64,000 bases of DNA from a virus. This document shows, piece after piece, positions 49,214 through 59,743 of this stretch. Each line of letters opens with the position of its first letter. Position 1 is the stretch's first letter. The stretch covers positions 23,170-87,169 of the IMG/VR virus record IMGVR_UViG_3300044712_000936. The stretch is one strand, 5' to 3'. The notes under the pieces were generated by a model. The model had not been told where the DNA came from, did not search any database, and saw nothing but the letters and a program-made list of their open reading frames with translations. The position numbers and the translations under genes are program-made.

Positions 49214-50191
49214 TTGGAGATTCACATGGCTAAAGGTTTCGCTGATTGGAGTATCCTCCAATATACGATTAGTATTCGTTCGGTAATTATGTATTTCGGT
49301 GGCGTTATTGAAGCGGGTATGTGCATCTGCCCTTTTCACAAAGACAATAATCCATCGATGATTGTCAACCAAGAAACCTGTTACTGTTTTGCCTGTGGAC
49401 GCCAGTGGAACATCTATCGTTACGTAGCTGAACGACTGAAAATCTCAGAAGATGATGCTTATGCGTGGCTGGTAGAGCACCAAAATGATATGCCTACTGT
49501 TGATGGGTTTGTTGCCCGAAAACGAGGCGGGTATGCAGGTCCAGTTGATCCTAGAATTGTTAATTTTTGGAACAGCTGTTTGGGTAAAACGGAACGACAG
49601 AGTTTGTACCAAAAACGATTGTTAACAGATGATACGATTGATCAGAACTTAATTGGCTGGCATCCTGAGTACAAGGCTTACTCTATTCCCTTCTGGTCCG
49701 GCGTACCACAGCAATCTGATATTACAATCGTTCAGTTTAGACTAACTGATCAAAGTCCTAGCTATGTAACCAAGCACACCAAAGATCGTAAGTTTATAGG
49801 TATTAGTGGTCATAACAAACCGTGTCTCATTAACTCTCATTTGCTTACTAAAAAATGGGCGGTTATGTTGATTGGTACATTCGATGCTTTGCTTGGTGGG
49901 CAGGATGGTTTACCTGCTGTGTCTCCTAATGGTGCATCTGCTTTTGCTGGTAAAAAGTGGAAAGAAGAATTGAACGGTTATTTTACCAACGTTGAGCGGG
50001 TATACATAGTCTACGATGCAACGGAGAGCGAACGGGCTAGTGTTGATAACATGGCAGCACATTTAGATGGTAAAGAGATTATCAAGCGAGGGTTTACAGA
50101 AGATGTAGGAAAAGATTACGGCGATTTTAGATACTATGGGCATTGTGTCGGTGATTTTTATCGAGACATTTTGAAATGGGAACTATGTTAA
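49214..50191 (+). CDS. DNA primase (CHC2 zinc finger plus divergent TOPRIM)
   Basis: CPFHKDNNPS...CYCFAC; GTFDAL; VYDAT; KDYGD. Confidence 0.8.
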   Translation: MEIHMAKGFADWSILQYTISIRSVIMYFGGVIEAGMCICPFHKDNNPSMIVNQETCYCFACGRQWNIYRYVAERLKISEDDAYAWLVEHQNDMPTVDGFVARKRGGYAGPVDPRIVNFWNSCLGKTERQSLYQKRLLTDDTIDQNLIGWHPEYKAYSIPFWSGVPQQSDITIVQFRLTDQSPSYVTKHTKDRKFIGISGHNKPCLINSHLLTKKWAVMLIGTFDALLGGQDGLPAVSPNGASAFAGKKWKEELNGYFTNVERVYIVYDATESERASVDNMAAHLDGKEIIKRGFTEDVGKDYGDFRYYGHCVGDFYRDILKWELC

Positions 50192-50589
50192 AAACATACT
50201 TCAAAATGAACATGAGAAACGCTGCTGATTGTTACATGAGAAAATCAGGCGAATTTTTTAAATCGGCAGAGTTATTCGAATTACATACTCCCGGTTGGCG
50301 TTTGCTGGCTGTCAACGCAGTTGATGGCTGGCTTTATTTTATAAAGGAAACATGACAAAAATTACAGTCACCACCGAAGATTATCTGTTAATTAAAGATA
50401 TTATTCGTATGATTGTTCGCGGTAATGGTCTTATGGCGATTATGCACATCTATGCGAATTTTCGAGGGATGCCTGTAGTAGATTTTGTAAAACTCATGTT
50501 GACTATTGCACAAAGAGAGTTTATAATAGTAGATAGCTTTTATTCTACCTTAAGTAAATCTAAAGACTTCGATACACTACGGTGGTACA

Positions 50590-52152
50590 TTGAATTTTGG
50601 TCCAACGCTTTCTCATCTGATGGAGAACGTTGGTCTTAATTACACGTTAGGATTCTATATGAACATTTTTACGGCAGAGCAAATCACTATTGCTACTACT
50701 TTACGTTATGGCACAGCTGCTACTAAAATTGTGCTGCCTCAGCTAACCCCCAATAAATTTGTTCATTCCAAACAGGGGGAACTTGGTGGAAATGATCACG
50801 CTTATATCTGGCAAGCGATTGTAAACTGTGTTGAACGCCAGTGTGTGCCAACCATTAGCTCTGTAGGAATTGAACGTGAATACCTACAAAGGCTGGTAGG
50901 CTCACTTGAGTCAGATTTTGGTATCTACACCTTTGATGCCAATGCCCTACTGCGTTACGGAGAAGTAGTAGATAAAGCTGGTACAGTTTACCAGATGTCA
51001 CGAATAGCCGGTAATATCAGTGCTATGTCTCTGACAAAAGACGGTTTTTATAAGGGTGTTTCCAGCATTGATAATCTGTCTACTTGGCTAACGGACGTTA
51101 TTCAACAGTATCGAGAAGTTTACAAGAATGATTCAGGTTACAAACACGTTAGTGTTGTTACCGAACAAATCAAAGAGAATTGGGATCGGATGTATCGGGG
51201 TGAACAGCTGGTTATTCTTCCTGTTGGGATGCCCACCCTACAACAGTACCAGTTATTTCCAGTAAACTCCTTTACAGTTTTACATGGCATGAGCGGCTCT
51301 GGTAAGTCAGCCTTTTTACTCAGTGTTCTGTTAGGCACAGCCCTTGGTTTGAAGGTTAATAATATTCCAGGTTGTGTGGCAATTAATAGTCTTGAAATGT
51401 CTAACACAGGCTTTATGTCTCGTGCCGCCTCCATCCTGGCAGGAATTGATCATACCCGTTTACGCGGTGGTAAACTGCCCCTGACTAAAGACGAATATGA
51501 CCGACTGGTTGCTTGGCTTGATTTTGTAGGCACACTGCCCTTTTACGTCGATGATGATAATCTGATAACGTCTAGTGAGCTATGTTTGAAGGCGTTAGAC
51601 ATCCACACCAGCGACAAGGGGCCGTTGATGCAACTAGGGACAGACTACACCGAGCTTTTTAAGGACGAGGCTGATTCTGTTGAACAGGCAGTTAACCGGG
51701 TAGCTCACAATCAGTTCAGCATTAAAAACAGCACTGGTTGTTCAGTTATAGCTATCTCACAGAGCACTTATTCCGAAGGTAACAGGTACTATATTGCTGG
51801 CATGAACGGGGTACGGTATTCGCGTGGTGTCACCCATGCGGCAGATATTATTGTTGAGTTATGGAACCCTATTCAGATGCGCCGCAATGGTATTGACGTT
51901 CGTGTTCCTGAGAGCAGTAATTTAGACGATAGTTCCGCGTGGTTGCTCATTGAAAAATATCGTGATGGCGAAACGGGGCAACTGCGTTTAGGTTGGGAAC
52001 CTGCCTATACTCGTTATTTTGATCGTGATTTTGTAATGAGTCGCGGTGGTGAAGTTGTTGTTTTTGATCACCTAGAACGGCTGGAAGAATCAAAAGCTTT
52101 GATGAAGCGGTTTAATACAGCAGTCCCGGCTGTAAAGGATGTGTACTGGTAA
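50590..52152 (+). CDS. DnaB-like replicative helicase
   Basis: GMSGSGKS, SLEMS, TDY, AISQ, AADII, KYRDGETG. Confidence 0.88.
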   Translation: MNFGPTLSHLMENVGLNYTLGFYMNIFTAEQITIATTLRYGTAATKIVLPQLTPNKFVHSKQGELGGNDHAYIWQAIVNCVERQCVPTISSVGIEREYLQRLVGSLESDFGIYTFDANALLRYGEVVDKAGTVYQMSRIAGNISAMSLTKDGFYKGVSSIDNLSTWLTDVIQQYREVYKNDSGYKHVSVVTEQIKENWDRMYRGEQLVILPVGMPTLQQYQLFPVNSFTVLHGMSGSGKSAFLLSVLLGTALGLKVNNIPGCVAINSLEMSNTGFMSRAASILAGIDHTRLRGGKLPLTKDEYDRLVAWLDFVGTLPFYVDDDNLITSSELCLKALDIHTSDKGPLMQLGTDYTELFKDEADSVEQAVNRVAHNQFSIKNSTGCSVIAISQSTYSEGNRYYIAGMNGVRYSRGVTHAADIIVELWNPIQMRRNGIDVRVPESSNLDDSSAWLLIEKYRDGETGQLRLGWEPAYTRYFDRDFVMSRGGEVVVFDHLERLEESKALMKRFNTAVPAVKDVYW

Positions 52153-53900
52153 TGAGCTATTGCCTGAACACCCTACCTATTTTTCCACCACAAATTGTTG
52201 GGCTGGACATTGAAACAACAGGATTGAATCGGTTAGGCAACGAGATTAGAGCGATTGGAATTAGTGATGGTAAATCAACCTGGATATTAACGGAACACTT
52301 TGAGCGAATTGTGCCCCTACTCGAGGACAAAGATACCCTGAAAGTTATTCATAACGGGAACTTTGACCTTACTTTCCTGGCTTTCCGTCTTAATTGCTCT
52401 CCTGTCTCCGTATGGGATTCTTTGCTGGCGGAACGTGTGTTGTGGAACGGTTACGATTTAGATCACAGCCTGGATGATGTATTAGCAAGACGTTTAGGTG
52501 TGTTGTTAGATAAGGGCATACGTGATAGTTTTATTGGCTACTATGGACCGCTGTCTGATGAGCAGTTAAAGTATCTGGAAAACGACTGTATCTTTCTGCC
52601 CCGTTTATATGAGGAGCAAAGACAGGATCTGTATGACAAACAGCTTATGCGAACTATTCAGCTAGAGAACGCTACCCTGCTGCCTGTTTTGGATATGACT
52701 TTAACAGGAGTTGGCTTTAAGGCTGATAAGTGGGCAGAGACGCAGCTAGACATAGCTAAGGTGCTGTCTGATATAGAATACAGAATGCGGTTTGAAGATT
52801 TAGGGCCAGAGTTCTTTATCGACGTAACCCGCACGCACAAAGGCGAGGAATATATTGAGCGCCGTAATTGTGCCAATATTAAGTGGGGATCCTGGCAGCA
52901 GCTAAGACCCGTACTAACAAAGCTAATCGGTAAAGATCCAGGCTCAACTGCTAAGGCTACACTGGAAATCTACACTGAAATTCCGTTTGTTAGTGACTTG
53001 TTGGAGTGGAAAAAGTGGAGTAAACTGCACTCCTGGCGGTGGGAAGATTTTATTAACCCGATTACAGGCAGAATTCACCCTGACTGGAAACAGTTAGCGG
53101 CAGATACAGGTCGTTTTGGTTGTGCTGATCCTAATTTGCAACAAGTACCAAAACCAGATCCGCGCCCTGATTCGCCTTATCCTAACTTGCGGAAACTTTT
53201 TATGCCGTTACCGGGGCATGTTATTATTGCCTGTGATTATAGTCAGCAAGAGCCTCGTTTATTGGCGGGTATCTCAGACGATCCGTTGATGATTGAAGCC
53301 GCTAATGAAATCGACATATACTCTGCTTTTGCCCGAACAATCTGGCACAAAGAAGTAACAAAGAAGGATCCAGAAAGACAACTTGCTAAGATTGCAGTAT
53401 TAGCGGTAGAATACGGTGTTTATCCAAAGCGGTTAGCTTCACAGATGGGTATCAGTTTATCCGAAGCGGAGGACTTACGCAATCGTATCCTGGCAGCTTA
53501 CCCAACAGCAACAGCCTGGGGAAATAGCCAGCTACAACAGGTTGTACAGTATGGGTATTCAAAAACATTAATCGGCAGAAAGCGTTATTTTCCAGAGATT
53601 AGGAACACACCGCGAGACAAACTGTGGAAATATGCTACCATTAGCCGTAACAATCCAGTGCAAGGGTCTGGTGTGGATGCAATTAAACTGTCAATGTGCA
53701 AAGTTCATGAATTGTTGAAGTCTTACGATGCCCATTTGATGATGAGTATTCACGATGAAATTGTGGTGTCAGCTAATCCAGACCAAGCGCCAGAGTTGTT
53801 TCCTAAGATTGTTGATGCAATGGAAACAGCAGCATCAGAGATTTGTCCAAAGGTACGTTTTGTGGCGGAAGGGAAAATATCAGATATTTGGGAGCATTAA
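52152..53900 (+). CDS. polA: DNA polymerase family A with 3'-5' exonuclease
   Basis: LDIETTG, HNGNFD, TGRFG..PNLQQ, DYSQQEPR, RQLAK...YG, NPVQGS, IHDE. Confidence 0.95.
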   Translation: MSYCLNTLPIFPPQIVGLDIETTGLNRLGNEIRAIGISDGKSTWILTEHFERIVPLLEDKDTLKVIHNGNFDLTFLAFRLNCSPVSVWDSLLAERVLWNGYDLDHSLDDVLARRLGVLLDKGIRDSFIGYYGPLSDEQLKYLENDCIFLPRLYEEQRQDLYDKQLMRTIQLENATLLPVLDMTLTGVGFKADKWAETQLDIAKVLSDIEYRMRFEDLGPEFFIDVTRTHKGEEYIERRNCANIKWGSWQQLRPVLTKLIGKDPGSTAKATLEIYTEIPFVSDLLEWKKWSKLHSWRWEDFINPITGRIHPDWKQLAADTGRFGCADPNLQQVPKPDPRPDSPYPNLRKLFMPLPGHVIIACDYSQQEPRLLAGISDDPLMIEAANEIDIYSAFARTIWHKEVTKKDPERQLAKIAVLAVEYGVYPKRLASQMGISLSEAEDLRNRILAAYPTATAWGNSQLQQVVQYGYSKTLIGRKRYFPEIRNTPRDKLWKYATISRNNPVQGSGVDAIKLSMCKVHELLKSYDAHLMMSIHDEIVVSANPDQAPELFPKIVDAMETAASEICPKVRFVAEGKISDIWEH

Positions 53901-54796
53901 TGAGTCTAGAAGAAAGCGAAATTAAAACTTTAGTTCGAAATACGCAGGGTCTATATGTAGCGTATGCAATAAATGAGAAAATTTCTCATGAAATTGTAGG
54001 ACTAATACCTGAGATTGACGAAGATTATCAGGAGTGGTTTGGTCAAATAGATGGTGTTATCCAACTGACAAACAAGATCAAAGAAGGTTTTGAGATACTA
54101 AGGGCAACGGCTTTAGCTCTGGTTGAAGATCACTGGGATGATCTGCCCTTGGATCTCAGGAAAGAATATAACTATCAGTTTCGTATCTATGCTGAGAAAT
54201 GTGTGCCTGATCTGAATTGGAAAACAATAGATAATCATATTAGAGCCGCACGTACCTTTGTCTTGAAGGATATTAAACCATCTCATTTAGTACCTGTTAT
54301 CCGGCGAAGTCCAGATAAAACACCTTTGCTGGAAAGAGGGGAAGTTGTAACTGATTATGTTGAATTCGATCCACTTCATACACCTATTTCCAAACTGGTT
54401 CTGATACGATCAGCTGCGGAAAGTGGTAAATGGGAGGAAAATCCAGAGCTAATTCAAAAAGTTGTTGATTCTGGCTATACCTTGCAGGATGTTCGTTTGG
54501 AATTGTTTTCTGATCGGTCAAAGAAAGCGCAGATTACACCAGAAATGAAATTCGAGTTGTTAGGCCCAGTTCTAGTAGTTAACCGGGCAGGTGACGATGC
54601 GGTTTTAGTAGACGATAGTGGTTTTAACTGGGGCGCTTTTTATGACAAAGAAAATCGTTGTCACGATCTTGTTTATGATGCCCTAAATCGCATTTTCTCG
54701 GCAGTTGGGTTAATCGTAGACGAGGATATTATTGCTGCATACATGGCAAAACGAGAAAGTTTTAAGCTAGAAAGAGAGAATAGAAGGTTAAAGTGA
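53843..54796 (+). CDS. Hypothetical protein (likely start at ATG 53900)
   Basis: Coupled to the polymerase stop (TAATG). Confidence 0.6.
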   Translation: MSKGTFCGGRENIRYLGALMSLEESEIKTLVRNTQGLYVAYAINEKISHEIVGLIPEIDEDYQEWFGQIDGVIQLTNKIKEGFEILRATALALVEDHWDDLPLDLRKEYNYQFRIYAEKCVPDLNWKTIDNHIRAARTFVLKDIKPSHLVPVIRRSPDKTPLLERGEVVTDYVEFDPLHTPISKLVLIRSAAESGKWEENPELIQKVVDSGYTLQDVRLELFSDRSKKAQITPEMKFELLGPVLVVNRAGDDAVLVDDSGFNWGAFYDKENRCHDLVYDALNRIFSAVGLIVDEDIIAAYMAKRESFKLERENRRLK

Positions 54797-55437
54797 TTAT
54801 TCAGACAGATAAACCATTACGAGAACGAGCAGAGTTTGATTTGTACCCAACGCCCATTGAAGCGGTTAAGCGGTATCTAGACTGTATTCCGTTAGAAGAA
54901 CTTACCTATAACCCCTTTAATAAATTGTCAGTGTTGGATGTGGGGGCAGGTACAGGAGTGTGGGTAGACGGTTTGTTAGATCGTGTAGGTCTGGATTGCA
55001 TGAATACTTATGGTGTGGAGTATCAGGAGAAGTTTACGGCTCCCTACTATTATGATTATTGGTTTCATGACGATTTTCTGAAGTGGGAGTCACCAACTGA
55101 TTTTGATCTTATCATCGGCAATCCGCCTTATGGTAAGGACGTTACAGGCAAAAAGGATAGAAAGTACGCAGAGAAGTTTATCAGAAAATCGTGGGATTTA
55201 TTGAAAGACGGTGGGTTTATCTGTTTTCTGTTGCGCCTAAACTTTCTCGAGGGCAAAGAGCGGGGGCAGAAGTTTTGGCCCAAATACAAACCGCGTCTAG
55301 TCAGTGTTTCAACTAAAAGACCTAGTTTTACCGGAGATCAGAAAACAGATGCAACAGCCTATGCAGCGTTTTTGTGGCAAAAGGGGTTTATCGGAAAAAC
55401 TACTTTAGATTGGACAGATTGGGAGTATGAAAACTAA
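54793..55437 (+). CDS. DNA adenine methyltransferase (gamma-class motif order)
   Basis: DLYPTP, LDVGAGTG, IGNPPY. Confidence 0.88.
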   Translation: MIIQTDKPLRERAEFDLYPTPIEAVKRYLDCIPLEELTYNPFNKLSVLDVGAGTGVWVDGLLDRVGLDCMNTYGVEYQEKFTAPYYYDYWFHDDFLKWESPTDFDLIIGNPPYGKDVTGKKDRKYAEKFIRKSWDLLKDGGFICFLLRLNFLEGKERGQKFWPKYKPRLVSVSTKRPSFTGDQKTDATAYAAFLWQKGFIGKTTLDWTDWEYEN

Positions 55438-55780
55438 AAAGTCAAAACAACCTTTGTTTAATAAGATTAAAGATATTGAATTTGATCCCTGCTTTTTTGA
55501 TGACTGGGATAGAGTACCAGATGCAATCAGAACAAAATTTAATAACAAGATTGAAATGATGTCTTACCAGTTAAAGACTGAGGGGTTGTGTTCTTTACCT
55601 AATTCCTTTCAGCACCATCCAGCCCGTAACAAAGACGAGTATACCTGGATTGGTTATGTGTCTGTTGGTAAAGCCGCATGGCGGGTACTGATGAATATCG
55701 ATGTGCATGGTGTTATACATTTTGAGAGAATTTTGCCACATAGCAAACGGGATGCTTATCTGAGAAAATTCTACTCTTGA
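55427..55780 (+). CDS. RelE/ParE-like protein
   Basis: F..DW..VP..IR.KF..KI, WRVLM...I.F..I.PH...D; size 117 aa. Confidence 0.5.
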   Translation: MKTKKSKQPLFNKIKDIEFDPCFFDDWDRVPDAIRTKFNNKIEMMSYQLKTEGLCSLPNSFQHHPARNKDEYTWIGYVSVGKAAWRVLMNIDVHGVIHFERILPHSKRDAYLRKFYS

Positions 55781-55805
55781 CAAACATCTGATTGTGTTAT
55801 ATAAT
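55777..55805 (+). promoter_or_regulatory. Consensus promoter for the recombinase
   Basis: TTGACA-17 nt-TATAAT. Confidence 0.85.
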
Positions 55806-55844
55806 TATAGTATTGATAAGATAGCTTCGAGTGTGAGGACTCTG

Positions 55845-56762
55845 ATGAACAATTCATTGGCATTGACTACTGTAGAAGTCAACGCAACGAGGGAAATTCT
55901 TTCCACGATGTTCGTTGGTATGTCACCTTTGTCCCGTAAGGCATATGAAGAATCCATCCGGCAATTTCTACAGTTTGCCCTGACACGATCCTCTATTCAT
56001 CCTTATCAGAGTCCTCACACTGCTTTTTTGGCTTATAAAGACGAGTTAATTAAGCAGTATAAGGCGGCAACAGTAAACAAGAAGCTATCAGCTATTCGCC
56101 AGTTTTTCAAGTTCTGCTTGGCGGAAAAGTTGATCGATGAAGGTCAGTATTACACCATTTGCACGGTTCGCAACGAGAAGGAACAGAAACCTTTTCGGAC
56201 ATGGTTAGATGAAAAATCAGCAAATGATATGCTGAATGCTCCTGATACGAGCACGGTTAAGGGTACGCGGGATCGTTTGGTAATTTTCTTAATGCTGGTT
56301 TTAGGTCTGCGTCGTGCAGAAGTGACTAAATTGCAGTGGAAACAACTACAGCGGGTCGATGGTTATTGGCTGTTAGTTGACGTATGGGGCAAGGGTAATT
56401 CACTGGGAACTATCAAGATCCCTGAAATTTATATGAGCATCTTTGATGATTATGGTTACTCTGACAATCCAGAAGATTATATGGTTGTCTCAGTCAACAA
56501 GGCGGGGGTTAAGGGTAAACGTATCAGTGTAGACGCCATTAACGATATTATCGCTACCTATGCGGAACAGCTGGACGTTAAAGCCAGCCCTCACACCTTA
56601 CGCCGGACGTGCGGTACGGTAGCTATGAAGAACACCAAAGATATTCGGATGGTTCAGCGCTTGCTTCGCCATTCGTCACAGCAGAACACAGAAAAGTATC
56701 TGGCGGAAGTTCTTAATTTGGAAAACTCTGCCACAGATTATACAAATTATGTGCTTGAGTGA
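55845..56762 (+). CDS. Tyrosine recombinase (XerC/D-like; start revised to ATG 55845)
   Basis: GLRRAEV, GKG, PHTLRR, LLRH, TEKY catalytic set; GAGG RBS before 55845. Confidence 0.92.
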   Translation: MNNSLALTTVEVNATREILSTMFVGMSPLSRKAYEESIRQFLQFALTRSSIHPYQSPHTAFLAYKDELIKQYKAATVNKKLSAIRQFFKFCLAEKLIDEGQYYTICTVRNEKEQKPFRTWLDEKSANDMLNAPDTSTVKGTRDRLVIFLMLVLGLRRAEVTKLQWKQLQRVDGYWLLVDVWGKGNSLGTIKIPEIYMSIFDDYGYSDNPEDYMVVSVNKAGVKGKRISVDAINDIIATYAEQLDVKASPHTLRRTCGTVAMKNTKDIRMVQRLLRHSSQQNTEKYLAEVLNLENSATDYTNYVLE

Positions 56763-56814
56763 CAAGAACGCGCCTTCTGATAAGTAATCAAGTTTCACAA
56801 AGGAGTGAGGGAAA

Positions 56815-57198
56815 TTGGCTCGTCTGAGCAATGAAGTCAATATAGGGGTGGGGATGCCAGCGTGGTTGTATCTCAACCAATTCGGGCAGATTATCCATGA
56901 TGCCTTCGGAGAGTGGCCTTTTCTCGTTGGCTCAGCCACTATGGGCAAGCAGTGGCGTGATGTTGATGTGCGTGTAATGCTGGACGATGACGAGTATGAG
57001 CGTGTTATTGGCGGAAAGCCGGGAGAGCAGAATTTCAAATGGATGGCTCTCTGTATGGCGTTTTCGGCTCTCGGTAAACAAATGACCGGGCTACCTATCG
57101 ACTTTCAGATAGACCAGCGAACCGAGGCTAATAAGCTGCATAGCGGCCCGCGCTGCGCTTTAATTGGGTGTTCGCCTGTTTTGAGAGACGCTAAGTAG
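56815..57198 (+). CDS. Minimal nucleotidyltransferase (Pol beta superfamily)
   Basis: LVGSA....WRDVDVRV...IDFQ. Confidence 0.75.
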   Translation: MARLSNEVNIGVGMPAWLYLNQFGQIIHDAFGEWPFLVGSATMGKQWRDVDVRVMLDDDEYERVIGGKPGEQNFKWMALCMAFSALGKQMTGLPIDFQIDQRTEANKLHSGPRCALIGCSPVLRDAK

Positions 57199-57221
57199 CC
57201 CAACCGGGCAGGAGTGAGGAA

Positions 57222-58285
57222 ATGGACGAACAAGAACTACAGAAAATCAAGGAACGGAAAGAAGTGGCGCGGAAGGAAGTTGCCGCACTGTGTCACGGCA
57301 AGGACTGGCGTATGTGCATACCACGTCAGTCTGACGACAGCGATATGGTGATCGGTGACGCTCTGGACGACATCGACGCACTGATTGCTGAAGTTGAGAA
57401 GCTGCGCCGTGATTCTCATCCAATGATGTACATCGAGGGAGCTACCGGAAAACCCATGAAATTTGTTGTTGGGGCAGATGTAGCAGCGCCTGGATCGGAC
57501 GAGAGCATTACTGTCCATCATCAACCCTGCCCGAAATGCGGCGAAACAATGCACATCGAGATAGAGGAAAAAGAAGCCGCAACAGCCGGGGTGATGCGTT
57601 TTAAGTACCTCACCTGCCCAAAGCATGGGCGCGTCTATCTGATTAGTTGATGAGTAAGCTTGAAGAGCGCCACGTTTGGAGAGATGTGTAAGGGGGAAAT
57701 GAACCTGATATACAAAGTTGTCGGTAAGATTTTCGGGTTTGATAAAATTGCTGACGAAGCATGGGAAAAATTTATCAAGCCACAGGTAGACCGCGCTCGT
57801 TCTCTTGGCATTCCCGATGATGCAATCAGCGTGATGCTGCAACGTGCATTAGACGAGAGTGATTTTGTGGTTGTCTTTCCCGGCGCTCGTTTGCGTGACT
57901 TGATTGACGAGTATGATTCCGTGATGTGGGAGGCGACGTAGTTTTTACTCGTGATAAGGGCCATTTTCGCGCCTAATGTAAGCGAGAGGAAATGAGGGAG
58001 AGCATGGACGATATAGCGGCCATTGTTGAAAGTTGGAACTCGGACGATGGGGGAAAGCAAATCGTTGGTGACATCCTTTTTGATGCCAAAAAAGACGGCG
58101 TAGAGGGCAAGGCTTTTATCCTGACCGACCACGAACAGGCGATTATTTGTCTCAGGATGCATGTAGCCATGCGCCTTGCGGAGCGTTCTAGCAGGCTGGA
58201 AAACGCCTACTGGCAAGTCGTCAAGCCGGGGCAAATCTGGCGTTATGGTGAAATCGAAATCAGAAAGGCCCGATATTTGCCATGA
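57222..58285 (+). other. Three hypothetical genes (57222-57650, 57660-57941, 57992-58285) in a GC-richer segment
   Basis: RBS-like sites and co-directional packing. Confidence 0.55.
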
Positions 58286-58648
58286 CCAGGGCTAGTATCA
58301 GGAAATGATGAAAAATGTCTGACACTTTGAAGTTTGTTCTAGAGCGGAAAGACCAGCACCTAAACTGGTCTTTTGTGTTATAATTATTATCGTATACTAT
58401 ACTCTTATTGTTTACCATTTGAGGATATTATAGATGCCATTGACGCCGTTTGAACAAGACGTTTTGAAGTTTTATACGTGGTTGGAAGAAGAAGATCGTT
58501 TTATTAAGCTTACTGAAGCAAATTCTGAAATTCTAGATGAAGCACGACAGAAATTAGGGCGAATTATCTACAAACATCTGTGTTTGAGTTCTGTTAATTC
58601 GACTGATTTCTATCGATTTTTCTATAATAAACTGAGAGGATATAACTT

Positions 58649-59305
58649 TTGGGAATACCAAGAACCGCTGCCAAAAGAGACGCCAACGAACAAGAGATCG
58701 TGGAAGCTTTACGGCGCTGTGGCGCGAAAGTAGAGCGATTATCACTGCGAGATGCGCCCGATTTACTGATTGGCTACCAGGGGAGCAATTATTTGGCTGA
58801 GGTAAAAATCAAGAAGGGGCAGCTTACACCAGAACAAAAAGTGTGGCACGAAACTTGGCCTGGACAGAGCATTGTTATCCATTCGGTAGAAGAAGCGATA
58901 GACTTCATTGATAACTTGAATTTTTGCGAAAGTGCCGTGTTGGATCCGCGCTATTTCTCCCTTATGGGTAATAGCAACACTACGAAATGGCGTGCAACTT
59001 TACGCGATAAGATGATCCGAAAGCGTAACTGGTTATCTGATGTCAGTAAACAGTCTATTTTACAGACTGGCTTTGATATGCACGAGGCGATTATCCCTCG
59101 TGCTGTTGTTCCGGCAAGTGTTCAGTGGTCGTGGATGATTCATTGTGAGTATAACATTCTTATCTTAACACGAGAAGAACACATGAATCCGCCTGATCGT
59201 AAATGGGCTTATCAATACCTATGTAGTATGTATGGAGCAGATAAAATAGATGCCTGGATACAATCTTTGCCCTGGAAAGTTCCACCTGAAAAAGCGTGGT
59301 TGTGA
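58649..59305 (+). CDS. PD-(D/E)xK (VRR-NUC-like) nuclease fused to a second domain
   Basis: RDANE..IV.AL, PDLL, AEVK, LTPEQ..W. Confidence 0.75.
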   Translation: MGIPRTAAKRDANEQEIVEALRRCGAKVERLSLRDAPDLLIGYQGSNYLAEVKIKKGQLTPEQKVWHETWPGQSIVIHSVEEAIDFIDNLNFCESAVLDPRYFSLMGNSNTTKWRATLRDKMIRKRNWLSDVSKQSILQTGFDMHEAIIPRAVVPASVQWSWMIHCEYNILILTREEHMNPPDRKWAYQYLCSMYGADKIDAWIQSLPWKVPPEKAWL

Positions 59306-59743
59306 TTGGCAAAACGATCCGCCTGAAAAGGTGGGCAACTATCTAGCCGAAAAGCACCTGCTTGCCCTGAAAGAATTTCTGGCTAATAACAAACAATACC
59401 CTTTGTGAAAAGGGTATTTTTATTTAGGTACTTGACAAAACTAAAAAACCATGATACTCTCTGTGCTGAGCTATTACACAGGAGATATATCATGGCTAAC
59501 AAAAATAGTTTTTGGAACCTTCCGAAACATTCAAAATTGGACATATTGCGTGAGGGGGAATTTAATCATTCAGAAGTCATAATACGTGCCCTTGCTGATG
59601 AAGAAACAAATGTAGAGTTTATCGACAAGGATACTTATTCAATATATGGCACTGAGGAAGGACTTCTCATACAGGCTGTTTCCCCGGTTTTTAGGATAGG
59701 TTTACTGTTGTACTGTTCGATGCTGGCTTTTCTTCACGGTGAA

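Noticed and set aside
52152-53900. Intein or intron in polymerase, helicase or terminase
   Set aside because: ORFs are continuous and of compact size, with no intein terminal motifs
57457-57515. VVGADVAAPGSD resembling a terminase nuclease motif
   Set aside because: Too short and isolated within a small protein to support a functional call
56763-58290. Integron cassette array after the recombinase
   Set aside because: No attC-like inverted repeats seen, and no IntI-specific insertion evident
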